A stretch of 64,000 bases of DNA from Bilabrum cf. latius (lineage: Eukaryota), in NCBI GenBank assembly GCA_965178125.1, contig OZ237742.1:930001-994000 (forward strand), read 5' to 3'. The notes under the pieces were generated by a model. That model did not search any database, had not been told where the DNA came from, and saw only the letters and a list, made by a program, of their open reading frames with translations. Position numbers and translations under genes: made by a program. This document shows positions 41,152-54,317 of the stretch, one piece after another (positions within the stretch are counted from its first letter, which is position 1; every line of letters starts with the position of its first letter).

Positions 41152-44100
41152 ATGGATACTACTAAGGTTCATGCGATTCGCTTGTCTGAATTGCCGCCTG
41201 AGCATGACAAGCAGGCATGGGAGCAGGTGCGCCTGGATTTGGAAAGAGCGTGCGCAGATCTCTCGTGTACAATCCTGGTTGACTTCGAGGCAGTCACCAT
41301 AAAGTCAAGTAGCGATTGGATGCAGCGCATCCTGCAACGAACGAATGGTTTGGCTGCGATTTTGGCTGGAGTAGCTAGCGGTCTGCCTCCTTCGACGTTC
41401 TTGCTACCAGCTGCCAGCCCTGCGGAGTGGGAGAAGTACTACACGGGTCCTTACCCAAGCACCATTGCGAACAAATTCCTGCTCGCAAGCCTTGCCGCTC
41501 AGGGTATCAGCGTCCCGAAACCGAAGCGGATCGCTATGCGTGGGCTTGCTTCGTTTCAAGGCTCAAACATGAGACAGGCAAAGGTACTTGACATCATCAG
41601 GGATCTCAGCAGCATCGTGCAGCCTCCCGACTCTGATGCTCCTGTTGTTTTCAAAGAGCACTCTGCTAAGAACGGCTTCTTGAGCGAGGTCGAGGTTCTC
41701 GACCTCAGGTGCCAGCTGGTGCGAGCGCGAACGGTGCAAGAACTCGGCGATCGGTACAACTACTTCAATCGGGGCGAAGATGGGCAAATATTAGGCCCGG
41801 AAGACGTAGGGCCGCCCCTCCGCGAGGTCATGCCCAGGCTCCGACTGCTCGACGTGGGCGGGTCCATCGGAGCGACCGATTTCATGGGGGGTGCTGAGAA
41901 GGGAGTCAACCACGTTGGCTCGAGGTCCAACGGGAGGCCATTTGCGGGTGGACTACTTCGGAGGGTCATTTTGCCGAGCAATCGCCTTTTGGGACTGGTT
42001 CGCGCGCTGGGACTCGACGTGGAATAGCCGGGCACACTTAGGCCGGTCAGCACCGTCCCTGTCCTGGAGTCGCTCTTGTGCCCCAGCCACTGGAGGCTTT
42101 ACGGGCCAATTGCAGATGGACCGAGAAAAGGGGCGTATTCCGGAGTGCCTCCCATGGACCTTTCATTCGCAGGGCTGGGGGGTCCCCCGCAGTGGCAGGA
42201 CGACAATTGGGCGGCAACCGTGCGCAAGAGATTCCCGGACAAGACAGTGCCGATCGTGGGATCAAGAGCCGCAAAGATGTTCAGTAAAGGAGATTTGTTG
42301 TCTTGTTCTGACCTGCCCAGCGAGCTGCGTCCCCATTTTGCGATGATGCTGCAAAAGGTGCTGAAGACTTTCTCCTCGGGGCCTTTAAATGTAATGGTAC
42401 CATCCTCAATGACGGATTACAGCTACGGCGGCGTAGAAATGTATGCTCTCGGCGAGAAAGCAGACGTATCAGAGTGCGACGGGGTGTTTAACAGCATCCT
42501 TGAGGGGGCTAGCGGCCATTCCCTGGAGGCTGAACGGCTGTCAGGGCTGCGTATCACTAGCACTTCCATCGCCTCCCAGTCTCTCTCGATGAAGCTGCAC
42601 CTGGCTCGCGTGAAGCGAATTGATCTCTCGGACAACGCCGGACTCTGTATGCCGTCTCTGATGCACATGTCTGGGATCTACGGGAGCATCTATTCCATGG
42701 CGGGCATGCCACTCTATGCGTACGTTCGGCAACAGGCGGAATCCAAGTGCAAGATCAACGAGGCCAATGCCATGCTAAAGTACAAGAATGAGGCCAGCTC
42801 GAACGTCAGGGAGCGGCAGGAACTGAAGGCGAGACGTGAACTCAGTGAGCTCAGATACAGTTCCTACGGGTGGATGATGTCTACCATGGACGACGACGAG
42901 TACGAAAGGAAGTGCGAAGCGATCAACGACGAGGCGGAGCGTGTTTCACCAGCCTCCGTCCGTGCAGAGGCAATCTCGATCGCGAAGAAGCGGATGAGCA
43001 AGTCCCTATCGCAGTACGCAGACCTGATGACCCGCAAGGTGGCCAGGGCCATTGCCGACTGGTACTGCCAGTACACCGGCGAGCTGTCGGAGTGTGTCTT
43101 CCCCGTGTACGGGTTGCTGTCCTGCATGAAGGAGGTGGTGCAGCTTGACCTGGGCGGGGTCGTGCTAGAGCCGTTCGTGCTTCCGGCGCTTGTGGCGGGG
43201 CTACGCAACGCGAAGACCCTGCGATCGCTGAACCTCTCTGGTTGCTTCAGCCATATCCACGCCCGTCCGGCGGGGAAGGAGCTGGCGGCTCGTTGCCTGC
43301 TATTCGTCGCCAAGCATGTGCCGCATGTGCGCGAGATCGGCCTCGGCGGGCACCACGACAAGGCTCTGCTTGTGGTGGCTACGGAGCTCTTCAGTAAGGC
43401 TGGCGGGCTAGAGGGCACTGACTGGCTCTCCGCCGATGAGCTGCACCCACAGCCTTTGAAGAAGGCGCCAAAGGATGGACCTGGCACCCATGAGAATGAC
43501 TCCATCAAGAGCTCGGACGGGAGTCAGCTACTGGATGTGTCTGGTTTCCTTGACGTGCACAAGAAGTTCGACATCGACAGGCTACCAGAGCTGCCTTCGT
43601 ACGGGAGCGCGACCTGGCTGCGCTCTGTGCGGGACGCATGCCACGCCAAGAGAGAGCTGGTAACTGTTGCGAATGACCGCGCTGGGATCAGAGGCCTGGG
43701 CATGTAGAGCTTGAGCGCTCGACAGGCGCATCGCGCGCAGCAGAAACTGCCTGCTGAGGTGCCGGTCAATGTGAACGCTGCCGGCAAGCATTCGGCGTGG
43801 CGCCCGAAGAAGGCAGGGGCCGGCCCTGCCGAATAGGCCGTTGCAGGTTCTGGCGATGCCGCGGCCAAAGCCCACGCAGCTGCCGCTGCATCCGCTGCTC
43901 GAAGGGTGTAGCAGGCAGAGAAGCAAGACGATCAGCAGGACGACGGTGGTGAAGAGAAGCCATCCAAGCGCCGCCGGGTGAAGGGGGGCACATCTGCCTC
44001 CGTATCGCGCAGCAAGTCCAAGCAGCAGGAAAAGGCCAGCTCTGGCTCGGACAAGGCATCGCGAGCCGGCCCCAGGGCGGGCTCCAAGAGGAAGAGGCGG

Positions 44101-45198
44101 GGTAATGCAGAGGCCGAGCATGGTGACGATGCCGGGGCGCTGTCTCCAAAAGGGAAGGTGATTGAGCTAGACAGCGACACCGATGAAGACGACGACGCGG
44201 AAGGGGCAGCCGCCACAGGCCAAGGCAAGCGCGAAGTTACAGGTGCTGGTGAGTCTGCTGGGGCAGGCAGCTCCAAGGCAGCGGGCGTGGAAGATTCCGC
44301 TGGCTCAGACACCGTTATTGCCGTTTCTGAGGCGGAGGACGGGGGTGCCCTAGCCTTGGTAGTTGCCAAGGGGTACGTGCCTTGGACTGCTTGGAATGAA
44401 GGCGAATCCGACAAGGCCGTTGCTTCGGCTGCGTCGGGCGCGTCATCGGGTGCAGATGACGTCGTTCTAGCACCCCAGGACATAGTGCCGCCGGGCAACT
44501 TCACCGGGCCCCGGCGAAGGCTGCGCATCGTGGTGCGGGGTTCCATGTGGAGGGGCACGGGGTTCCTCGGTGATAAGCTGCCTGAGCCGGACTCGCAGAC
44601 CGATCGGACACCCTCCCAGTTCGCTGCGCCCCCAGTGAAGCTGAACCTGTGGGAGGGTCGCGTGAAGGATCTCTCGCAGCGGCTGCAGGACGAGCACGCG
44701 GTGGGCTCCGTGGGAACGGAGGCTCCCAAGCCCGAGGCCCTGGAGCTTGTGCTGGGATGCTTCGTGCCCGAGGATGGTGCGGAGGAGGCGGAGGAGGGCA
44801 GCGATGGCTCTGATGGGCAGGTGGCCATGGATGCAGAGGAGGGGGGAGGCAAGGCCGCCGCATCGTCTTCCTCTTCCTCTTCCTCTTCCTCTCCTTCTTC
44901 CTCTTCCTCTTCATCGGCCGCCTCATCGTCCTCGTCCGCAGCCAGCGGGGCCGGCGCTGACGAAGCGCCGAAGCCAGCGGCAGGGCCCGGTGCATAGCCT
45001 CTGGTCTCATGCCAGTTCACTGACGTCTTCACCATGCAGGCTGCGTCCGTCCGACAGGACATCCGGGACCTTTCATTGGAAGACGTGACCTTGGCGGTAG
45101 ACACTCTTCGAGACCGGAAGGTGGTCGAGCTCGCGGAGGGCGGGGCACGGCTATGCTTGATGCGACCGGATGCGCTTCTGGATGCCGATAGCCTCTGA
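41152..45198 (+). CDS. Large leucine-rich-repeat-containing protein of unknown function (~1348 aa)
   Basis: One frame with TAGs at 42025, 43705, 43834, 43909 and 44995. LRR-like LRLLDVGGS, VKRIDLSDN, VVQLDLGG and LRSLNLSGC; ends TGA. Confidence 0.75.
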
Positions 45199-45352
45199 GC
45201 ATTTTAGCACAGGGTTTTGGCAACGCGAAGGATTTCATCACTTGCTACGCCTTTGCCCTTCCGCTCCGTTTTCGAATTCTGATTTGATATTTCAATACGC
45301 TACAATTCCGATTTGAGCTTCAACGCAACAATTTGGTCGTCTGGCTGAAGTA

Positions 45353-48300
45353 ATGGACGAGGCTCGTCCAGATGCCGCCGTCAGAGACATTGAACGAGAT
45401 GCCCTTGGTCACCATGGGGAGCTCTAGCAGCCAGCTGCAGGGGCAGTCCAGGTAAGCCCTTGTTCACTTACCGCTCCCGTTGATCGCACGCACAATTTCA
45501 TGCAACGAGACGCAATCATCATTGGGAAAGGCTGCCCTTATTTTTCTTGCAGATGGACTTTGGTGGGATCGCTGATGGCTTCATGCAGTTCGCTGCGGAT
45601 GCTGATGAAGGGCAATCCGCTGCCGGAGGGTGAGCCAGACAGGCCTCAGTCCGCATTGCATGCCTGTGCCTTATAGGGATCCGTGGAATATCCATATAGG
45701 AACATGTAATCCCTTCTTTGAAAACGCAGTAGTGGACGATAGGCGGAGATCGAAATAGATGAATTGCCGGTGCTTGTAAGTCGTCTTTGTTTATTGCAGT
45801 CAGGAAAGTCTGCAGAGCGAACTGCTCCACTCCGATTCACGATGCTTGTTCAACACCCTGTGCATTGCAGCCGATGGACCACGACGGAACCTCTGCTCCT
45901 GTGACGGACATCGAGGCTTCGATGGCCCAGTGTGCCGATAGCATCAGTCGCAACATGATTCTCGAAGCCAAGCAGGCCGTGCTGCTGAACAGCCAGCTGG
46001 CCTACGAAGAAGACCTTGAACTCTCCTGGCGCAGCTTGGCAGCTCAGATGAAGTACGCCCACAGTCTCTTGCTCAAGGCCGCACGCAACCCCTCCTCTGT
46101 CCCCGAGCTGGACCAGATGGGCGCCGCCGCCACACCCGGTTCCGCTGGGGCCCGGGCGGCGATCAAGGGGGCCAGCTCAGGAACAGGCGCGAGTGGTGGC
46201 GTGGCAGAGCCCTGGGCTGAGAGCAAGGAGGACGCCATGGCCGCCCCTGCATCCCAGCTGGGCTCCCTGGACCGGTCGCTTGCAGTGCCGCCCTTCGCGA
46301 GGATCCAGCGCGCGTTCGACGTGGTTCCCGACGGGGCACCGGCCACTGCGCCCGGCATGCCCTCCAGCCTGAGCCCCGACCAGGCCGCCGTGGTATTCGG
46401 CGAGGTCTGCGAGAGGTACTGGGCCCTGAGTCCACCGGGCAGGCAGACGCACCAGCTGGCCCGGGCCATGAGGCAGGCAGCCCAGAGGGTGGCAAACAAG
46501 GCGCTCACCCTGAAGGAGGGAGCTGCAGAGCAGTATGGGCCGGCCGTGCGCAGGCTGGGGCTGCCTTGGCACACGCTGGCCATGCAGCTGAGGGAGACAG
46601 GCACGGCGGGTGGCATGCCAGGGGGGCTGGAGGCCACTGGCGGCAGCACTCTGGGCTCCGGATTTGGAGGCGACGGTGGCGGGCTCACCATTGGGGGGAT
46701 GTCGGGCACTGGGGTGTCGTCCGGGTTCGGGGTGAGGGTGGGCTGCTTCGGGGCGGCGTACCACAGCCGAGACGTGAAGACGAGGGTGTCGCTGTCCACG
46801 TTCCTTGGCGTCGGGGGGGTGCGCAGGCTGCAGCAGATCCGATCTGACGAGGTGCAGCGGGTGCTGAAGCGGGAGCGGCTAGGTGCGGAGGGCATGCGCC
46901 TTGCCAACCGAGTCAGGGAATATGTGGTGCGAAAGATGCCCGTGGCCGACGGAGGGCGAGCTGCAGGCATGACCGCCGCGGTGGTGTTCCGGGGCGCCCC
47001 CTTGTGGAGGCAGTTGTACATGCTGATGCGAACGGCCGAGTGGAGCTCTGCCGAAGACGAGGATGTCGGCTCCTTGGGGCCTTGGCAGGCAGCTGCCGAG
47101 GTGGCGCTGGAGCACTCGAGACAGCACCAGGGCGCCGAGCGTGCCAATTTCGAGGCGCTTGCCTCTGCCATCATCGGACACAGCATCGTGCTGGCCGGGG
47201 AGGCGCGCGCGGCGTGGACTCCGGATGGCGCCAACAACATTGCTCTGCGGGAGGCGTGCAGAGAGCGGGCTGCCCCGCCAGCCTCGTTTCAGGCCAACCT
47301 TCCGACCTATACTAATGCCCTGTAGTCTTGCCGCGTGTGGTTCGAGAAGATGGGCGCCGAGCCTGCTGACGATTACGCATTGGACGTGCTTGCAATCGCA
47401 TCAGGACTGCGTCCTGACTTTGACGACAGCGATCAGGTCAAGCCCTGGCACGAGCGCGAGTCTGCCGATGACGCCAACAACATCGTGTGGCGCACGCTGG
47501 CATGCCTCTGCACACAGGACCTGGCCAGGCATTGCGTGGAGGAAGACAGGGGGGAGGAGTATCTCACAATCGACTGGCTGGCCAACGAAATCGCCTACAT
47601 GGCTGACCTGGATCCGGAGCACGCGAACCCGTACATGTATGCCCACCTGCTGCTGCTTTGCGAGCGGTTCGAAGAGGCCGTGGACTACATCCTCAGGCAC
47701 GGGGGAGGCCACAACGGGTCTCTGGCCCACGTTCACGACGCGGTGCACCTTGCAGTGACCCTCAACCACTATGGGCTGCTTCGGGTCGCGGACCAGAGAG
47801 TCGTGGCCTTCGAGCCCCCGGTGGCGCCCGGCAGAGTAGAGCCTCCCTTTGAGGGCGACTCGCCGGTGCTGCTCAGGAGCGACGTGCAGGACGGCCCTGG
47901 GCGGGAGATTGCAGAGCATTCGCGAGCGGAAGCATTCGAAGACGGTGGGGATGATGACGTTCAGCCGTACTGCGCTTGCGCCGTGAGGTTGCCTCGGCTG
48001 GTCGAGTGGTACCTCAACCACGTCCTTCGACTACCCATGGTGAGCGGCGTGGGGGGGCAGAATGCCCGCAGGAAGATAATGGAGACTGCGAGGCAGCAGC
48101 GGAGGAACCCCAGGGTGTTCACGCTAGCTTCCACGTACGCCTGCTTTCTGCAGGAGGGTGGCATCGGCAGGCCGGCGGCTGACGCGCAGGCAGAGGCGTT
48201 TGCTGGTGGTGCAAGCGGCCGGGGCAGAGAAACAGCACTGGCGGCGCAGAGGCTTCGGCTGCAGGGCGAGCTTCCCAGCCGTGCCTGCCAGATGGTGGTA

Positions 48301-49215
48301 AGTGCCGTGCTGCAGCTGGGCAGGGCGGCTCGGGACGCGCTGGTGGGCGGGCTCAACGAAGAGACGCTGATGCCTGCGTCCGTGCATTTGGCGGACCCCG
48401 TCAAGAAGCGGATAGACCCGGCCGCACTGGCTGGGGCGATCCGCGAGGCGGCACAGGCGGTGCGAGGGATGGGCTACGACACAGAGGCGATCGCGCTGCA
48501 TTGCGTGGCGTGTGACGGGCTGGGCGCGCTCGAGGTGGTGGCGGAGTCGCTGCGGCGATCGATCGAGAAGGAGGCGGAGGAGCACAGGGCCAGGAGGCCG
48601 GAGGACGGTCCTGGTCCCGCGGCCCGCACCATGTCCATGCTGACGAAGGTGGCGGAGCGGCTGCTAAGCAGCTCGCCGCTGTCTCGACCCGAGATGGCTG
48701 GCGGCATGGCAGCGATGCACAGGGCTATGGAAGCGGGTGGGGGGGCTGGCTTCGGGTCTTCTGCGTCGTCCTCTTCGTCATCGTCCGCTGCTCTTGGTGC
48801 GGCGGGAGCCGTGGAGGTCAGGGAGCTTGGCCAGCGCAGACGGGCACTTGAGCAGCTGGTGCGGGCAGCTGAGGCAATCCAGGCTATTCGGGGCGGGGAT
48901 GCTGAAGCGGGCGTGCGGCAATTGGACCAGGCCAGGCTTCTACCCAGCCTGTCTTCCGGTGCGGATCCCTGGCAATTCTTCGCGCACGTGGAAGAGGAGG
49001 GAAGGCGGGCGTACGGGGTGGTGCTGGAGGAGGCCATCGGGGCCATGGGGACCCTGCTGCGAAGGGCTGCCGCTGCGGGGACGCAGGAGAGCGCCAGGTC
49101 CAAGCAGGTTAGGGAGCAGCTGCTCCGGATCAGCAGCATGGCACACCCTCAGCTGTCTCAGTACATGAGCACGGAGCGGCTGTCGACCCTCGCAAGGCGG
49201 GCGGCAAGCAGCTGA
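45353..49215 (+). CDS. NUP93: Nucleoporin Nup93/Nic96
   Basis: Motifs GAPLWRQLYMLMR and NPYMYAHLLLLCERFEEAVDYI...HDAVHLAVTLNHYGLL. Predicted introns 45452-45552, 45630-45729 and 45776-45870 (5' exons less certain). TAGs at 45425, 45740 and 47323; ends TGA. Confidence 0.78.
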
Positions 49216-49412
49216 TCGGATCCCGGATCTCGTGTGGGTCGGGTAGGCTGGCCGACTCGGGTTCCCCGACTGAGGAAAGTGGTCTCAACTTGTGCGTAGA
49301 CTAGATTCTGGATGGACATGCGCAATGTAATCCCATCTCATGTTCCACATTCATTCAACGGTGGGTCCAATTTGCACGGTCCCACGCTTCAAGACCATGG
49401 TAAGACCCCAAA

Positions 49413-51353
49413 TCAGCGAAGCTTCGATAAGCTGGCTGCTGAGAGGTGGGATGTAAGCGGTGGTCCTGAGTACTGCCCAACGGCACTCAGGGGAGTCCGC
49501 TGAGAGCCAGAATCCATGCCTGCAGTGCTTCCATCCCCGTCTTCGTCTTCGTCCTCGTCCTCAACAGTTTCTGACAGCACCGCCATCCCAAACTCAGTCG
49601 TGGCAACTGCGCCATGCTGCGTAGCCCCAGATCCTCGGTAGCTGCCACCGCTGGTCGCTAGCCCTGAGGCTAGTGCACGGCCGTGCTAGCCGGCGTGAGG
49701 CGCAGGCCGGGTGTAGGAGACCGAGCCGCTCTGACTGCGGGACTATGGCCGACCGCCGGGGGCAGGAGGCACACCTTCCGTCACGGCACCAGTCGCACGC
49801 TTGTTTGATAGCTCTCGGTGATCCACCGCAGTGCCAGTGCTTGCACTAACAAGTCTCTCGGGCTGCTCCGCGAGGGACTGTCCGCCGGCATGAGCCACGC
49901 TGCCACTAGCACTGGCACCTGCACCTGCACCTGCGCTTCCAGCAGCGCCGCTTGCGGGAGCTGCCTGCAGCCTGGCTGCCTCGAGCCCTCCTATCTCACG
50001 GCTATGCCCGCTGGCAGCGAATGCCGCATCTTGCTTTCTGTTGGCACTGCTCTATTTCTTTCCAGAATTCCGCCGACGACTTCCAGTTCTAGTCTTGGTC
50101 GGGCTGCTCCTGCCAGCCGATCCACGAGCGGTCACGCCTCGGCTTGACCCGCTTGACTTTGATCTTCGAGACTAGGACGAGGACGAGGAGGGGCCTCTGC
50201 TAGAGCGACTACCCCCCGACGCAGAGGCTGCGGCATCCCGTGCGCGAAGCACGAGCAGTGCAATTCCGGCTGTTGGCCCGATGGCGAGTGCGGCAATCCG
50301 CACGCACCTGGCCAACAAGGGCAGGTGCCTGGTCCAGCCAGCCAGACGGGATCCAGAAGCACCAGTACTGCTGGCGATGTTAGATGCAAGAGGGTGCGCA
50401 GAAGACGGCTGCTGTGGGGATCTGGCAGCTGGCTGCTACGAAGCACTCTGAAGAAGGCTCATCGCATCAGCTGCCTCAACAACGGCCGTGGACAGCCCAG
50501 ATACTGAGGCAAGAGCCAGGCGGACAATGCGCGCCCGAAGGCTTGTCCAGCGGTGGTACGCCAGCAAATATGCCTCAAGGTTGGTGCCAAACTCCTTTGC
50601 GAGCAACTATATCCCGAGACCGGCCTGCTGGCTCGCTCGCCCACGTCTGCTATCCTCGCTTCCGAGCGCAGAGGCGTCGATTGAGCTTTTTGCTGGTTGG
50701 GAGGAACGAACCGACTCCTGACTTTCAGATCGGAAACCTCCTTGGAAAGAAATTAACTGCTGCTGCAAGCTTGCCAACGTGTCGAGAATGTAGCGAGGCA
50801 TGGGTGTCGGTCGATCGCTAGCACCTGCACGCAACGCAGATCGAGAGCTTCGAACGGATGCAATCTCGTTCAAGGAAGGTGATGACACAAATGATCCAAT
50901 ATGAAATTTGTCAGCCACCTCAAATGCCTGCATCAGCGCCTTGGGCAGCTCAAAATCGTGCTGCAGGAGTTGCTGCCTGCAACTCTGTGCCGTGTTCGCG
51001 GCTCTTTGGGCCCTCAAGTAGCTCTTGTACGCGTCACTTGACACCTATCCAAGATCTGATAGTACAACAAATGTTTCGATTGCCTTTCCTATTCCTGATA
51101 GTATCTACAATACGGACCCAACGCCATTAGCAGCTCGCTGCGTTGCACCGCTGCCAGCGGTTGCGAGAACAAGCAGGGCATCAGCAGCACTTGCAGCCAC
51201 AAGAAGCTGCGATAAACTACGAAGCACTCGTCTAGACGATGATAACCACGCTCGATGGTTCTGGAAGTATGCCAAGCTGGAATACAGGCTCCGCAGGCCA
51301 AGAATTCGCCGCGCGTCCAAGCTCCTCCCAAGCTTCCGGCTCCGGCCCGCCAT
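49413..51353 (-). CDS. Hypothetical protein (~646 aa; alternative upstream ATG at 51491)
   Basis: Frame has no TAA/TGA for ~1.9 kb but 8 TAGs (51105, 51045, 50607, 50436, 50172, 50052, 49743, 49686). Ala/Ser/Gly composition matches neighbouring genes, with an acidic EDEDEDED patch; ends TGA. Confidence 0.65.
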
Positions 51354-51624
51354 GCTACCAGCAAGAGTTACATAGCACGAAAGATACGAGTAGAGCTCTG
51401 CTGAGTGTGTTGTCGATAAGGACGGCAACATGCCGAAGTGCCGGCTGACCGGTGCAGTCCGGCAGTGCGTGCAGTGCAGTTGACGCGGCATGCTACTTGA
51501 TACGACAGAGCCAAACGCTGAGACCCGGGATATGATGCGTGGATGTGTTGCCAATCTGGGGAGAAGCACCAATAGGCAAGTCGGCTGAACAGATGAGGCG
51601 CGAATACTGTAGAATCAATTGGTT

Positions 51625-54161
51625 TCAATCGGTCTTGCTCTCAGCCACAGGCCCGTCTCCGTCGCTGGCACTTGAATCTGCTGGCGCTCGGCTAGCCTTG
51701 CTGCCAACTGCCGCACCGGCCGGCGCCTCCACGCACTTGGCCATGGCGAGCAATTGCTTTGCAAACCCAGCCTCCGGATAGGCCTCCACCGCCGATTCGC
51801 CCCCCTCACAGCACTCCCCAAGGCGTGGATCCAGTGGCAAGCGGGCCACGATCTCGGTGCTGTACGCGCTGCACATGGAGGCTGCCGCACCTCTGGCAGC
51901 TTCATCTTCGCCAGAAGCAAAGACATGCGTCACATGCTTGCAGTCTGGGCAGGCGAAACCGCTCATGTTCTCCACCACGCCCAGCACACGCACACCTGTC
52001 TTCGCGCAAAAGCTCAGCTCCTTACGCACATCCATCAATGCAACCTCCTGCGGCGTCGTCACAACCACCGCGCCGCTCAACGGACTCCGCCGCAAATACT
52101 GCACGATCGAAATGTGCTCGTCCGACGTGCCAGGAGGCGTGTCGATCAGCAAGTAGTCCAGCTCTCCCCAGTTCACATCCGTCAAGAACTGACGGATCAG
52201 CCCGTTCTTACGAGGACCACGCCAGATCACAGCCTCGTCCTGCTTAGGAAGCATGAACCCCACAGACATCACACCCAGGTTCTCCTCCAGCCACACGGGC
52301 TCCCAGCCAGACGCGCTGCGGTGCACCTGCCGGCCCATGAGCCCCAGCATGCGGGGCAGCGACGGCCCGCAGATGTCAATGTCAAGCAGTCCGACGTTGT
52401 GTCCGGCAGCCGCGAGGGTGAATGCCAGCTGGGATGACACCGTGGACTTGCCCACGCCGCCTTTTCCGGACAGCACCAGCACAATGTTCTTGACTCCGGC
52501 GAGAGCCGTCGCTACCTGCTTGGGCGTTTCATCTGGAGCCTTGGCCTTGCCTGACGCGCACAGTTTCTGGTTGGGACAGCCGGCGCATGCCGATGCCTTG
52601 CCTGCCTCGCCTGACCCCGTGCCTGGACACGCCTCGGGTGCGTCTTCAGGCACATCCTCTCGGCGTTTCTTGAGAGCAGATTCATCCAGCGCGCTGGCCC
52701 CGCTGCCCTCTTTGCCGCCCTCGTTGCTGCCAGCAGCGACACCCACTAAAGCGGCAGGAGAGCTCCCAGCGGGGCCAACCTCCGCACCAGTGGCAGACGC
52801 AGCAGCTGATTCTCTTGACCGCTTGTCCCCAGGACTGTCAGCAGCGGAAGAGGCAGCGGTGCCATGGCCAGCGCTCGCTTCCTTGGAATCGGCTGGCTTG
52901 GGATACTTGGAGCCAACTCGCGCAGGCAGACCGTCTGCCGACTCTGGGTCGCCCGCCTGCTTGACCACAGCGGCAGCCACACTGCACCATGTCGTCGCAA
53001 TGTCCGACCCGGGCATGCGCTGCACCACGGCATGGCCCGCATCTCCGATCCTGGACACCTCGGCGTGAAGCGGGAGCCTACCAAGGAAAGGGGCGGAGGC
53101 TCTCTCGCACATCGACTGGACTCCGCTAGAGGCAACTGCAGCCGCAGCCACGGCTGCAGGGGGCTTGTCTCCGCTCAAGCTACCGCCTGGTGCGACAGCC
53201 TTGAGGTCACCCCTAAATATATCAGTTATGCTGCCGCATTCTGGGCAGGCGAAACCGCTCATGTTCTCCACCACGCCCAGCACTCGCACACCTGTCTTCG
53301 CACAAAAGCTCAGCTCCTTACGCACATCCATCAATGCAACCTCCTGCGGCGTCGTCACAACCACCGCGCCGCTCAACGGACTCCGCCGCAAATACTGCAC
53401 GATCGAAATGTGCTCGTCCGACGTGCCAGGAGGCGTGTCGATCAGCAAGTAGTCCAGCTCTCCCCAATTCACATCCGTCAAGAACTGACGGATCAGCCCG
53501 TTCTTACGAGGACCACGCCAGATCACAGCCTCGTCCTGCTTAGGAAGCATGAACCCCACAGACATCACACCCAGGTTCTCCTCCAGCCACACGGGCTCCC
53601 AGCCAGACGCGCTGCGGTGCACCTGCCGGCCCATGAGCCCCAGCATGCGGGGCAGCGACGGCCCGCAGATGTCAATGTCAAGCAGTCCGACGTTGTGTCC
53701 GGCAGCCGCGAGGGTGAATGCCAGCTGGGATGACACCGTGGACTTGCCCACGCCGCCTTTTCCGGACAGCACCAGCACAATGTTCTTGATGCCTTTCATC
53801 TTGTCAGCAACAAGATCAGCAGCTGCGCCAAAGAATCAAAAATGAGAGGTGCAAAACTCATACAATCATCCGTATTGATAGCTCAGAATGCGATGATTGC
53901 CAAGCAGATTGGGCGCGTGCCATTGAGACGTGGCACTTGCAGCTTGCGTCAATGAAGCATATCTTACTCGGATCAGCACTGGCTGCGACATCAAATTCAA
54001 GTGGCAAGCAAAATTCGAACGTATGCACCAGCTTCATTGTATCCAAATCCGTAGCGGCTACGGTTGCTGCAATTCCGAAAAGCAGCAATGCCTTGGTCTG
54101 TAACTATGATTTAAATCAACTTACGGGCTGTGACTGGAGACTGACCGGTAGATGATTGCAT
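51625..54161 (-). CDS. NBP35: Cytosolic Fe-S cluster assembly factor Nbp35/NUBP-type with two tandem P-loop ATPase domains
   Basis: Two copies of SGKGGVGKST, DIDICGPS, WRGPRK, DTPPGTSDEH and ENMSGFACP. The CPGTGSGEAGKASACAGCPNQKLC motif precedes only the second domain. Main exon runs to ~53822, with two small predicted 5' exons up to ATG 54161; ends TGA. Confidence 0.9.
51944..53789. repeat. 550-bp direct repeat (51944-52493 and 53240-53789; offset 1296 bp) inside NBP35
   Basis: Near-identical nucleotide copies; I found 3 synonymous differences. Confidence 0.92.
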
Positions 54162-54317
54162 TGTTTCGCTGTGAATCGCAAACTACACTCGCAGATGCTC
54201 TGCTACCAACGCTAAGAGTGATTTGGTTGCACGAACAAAAGTGCTCGAAATCGAACGTTCCATGTACCGAAATACTCAGTTCGTCGAGCGCGCGTTGGCA
54301 GTTAGCACAACAACACC

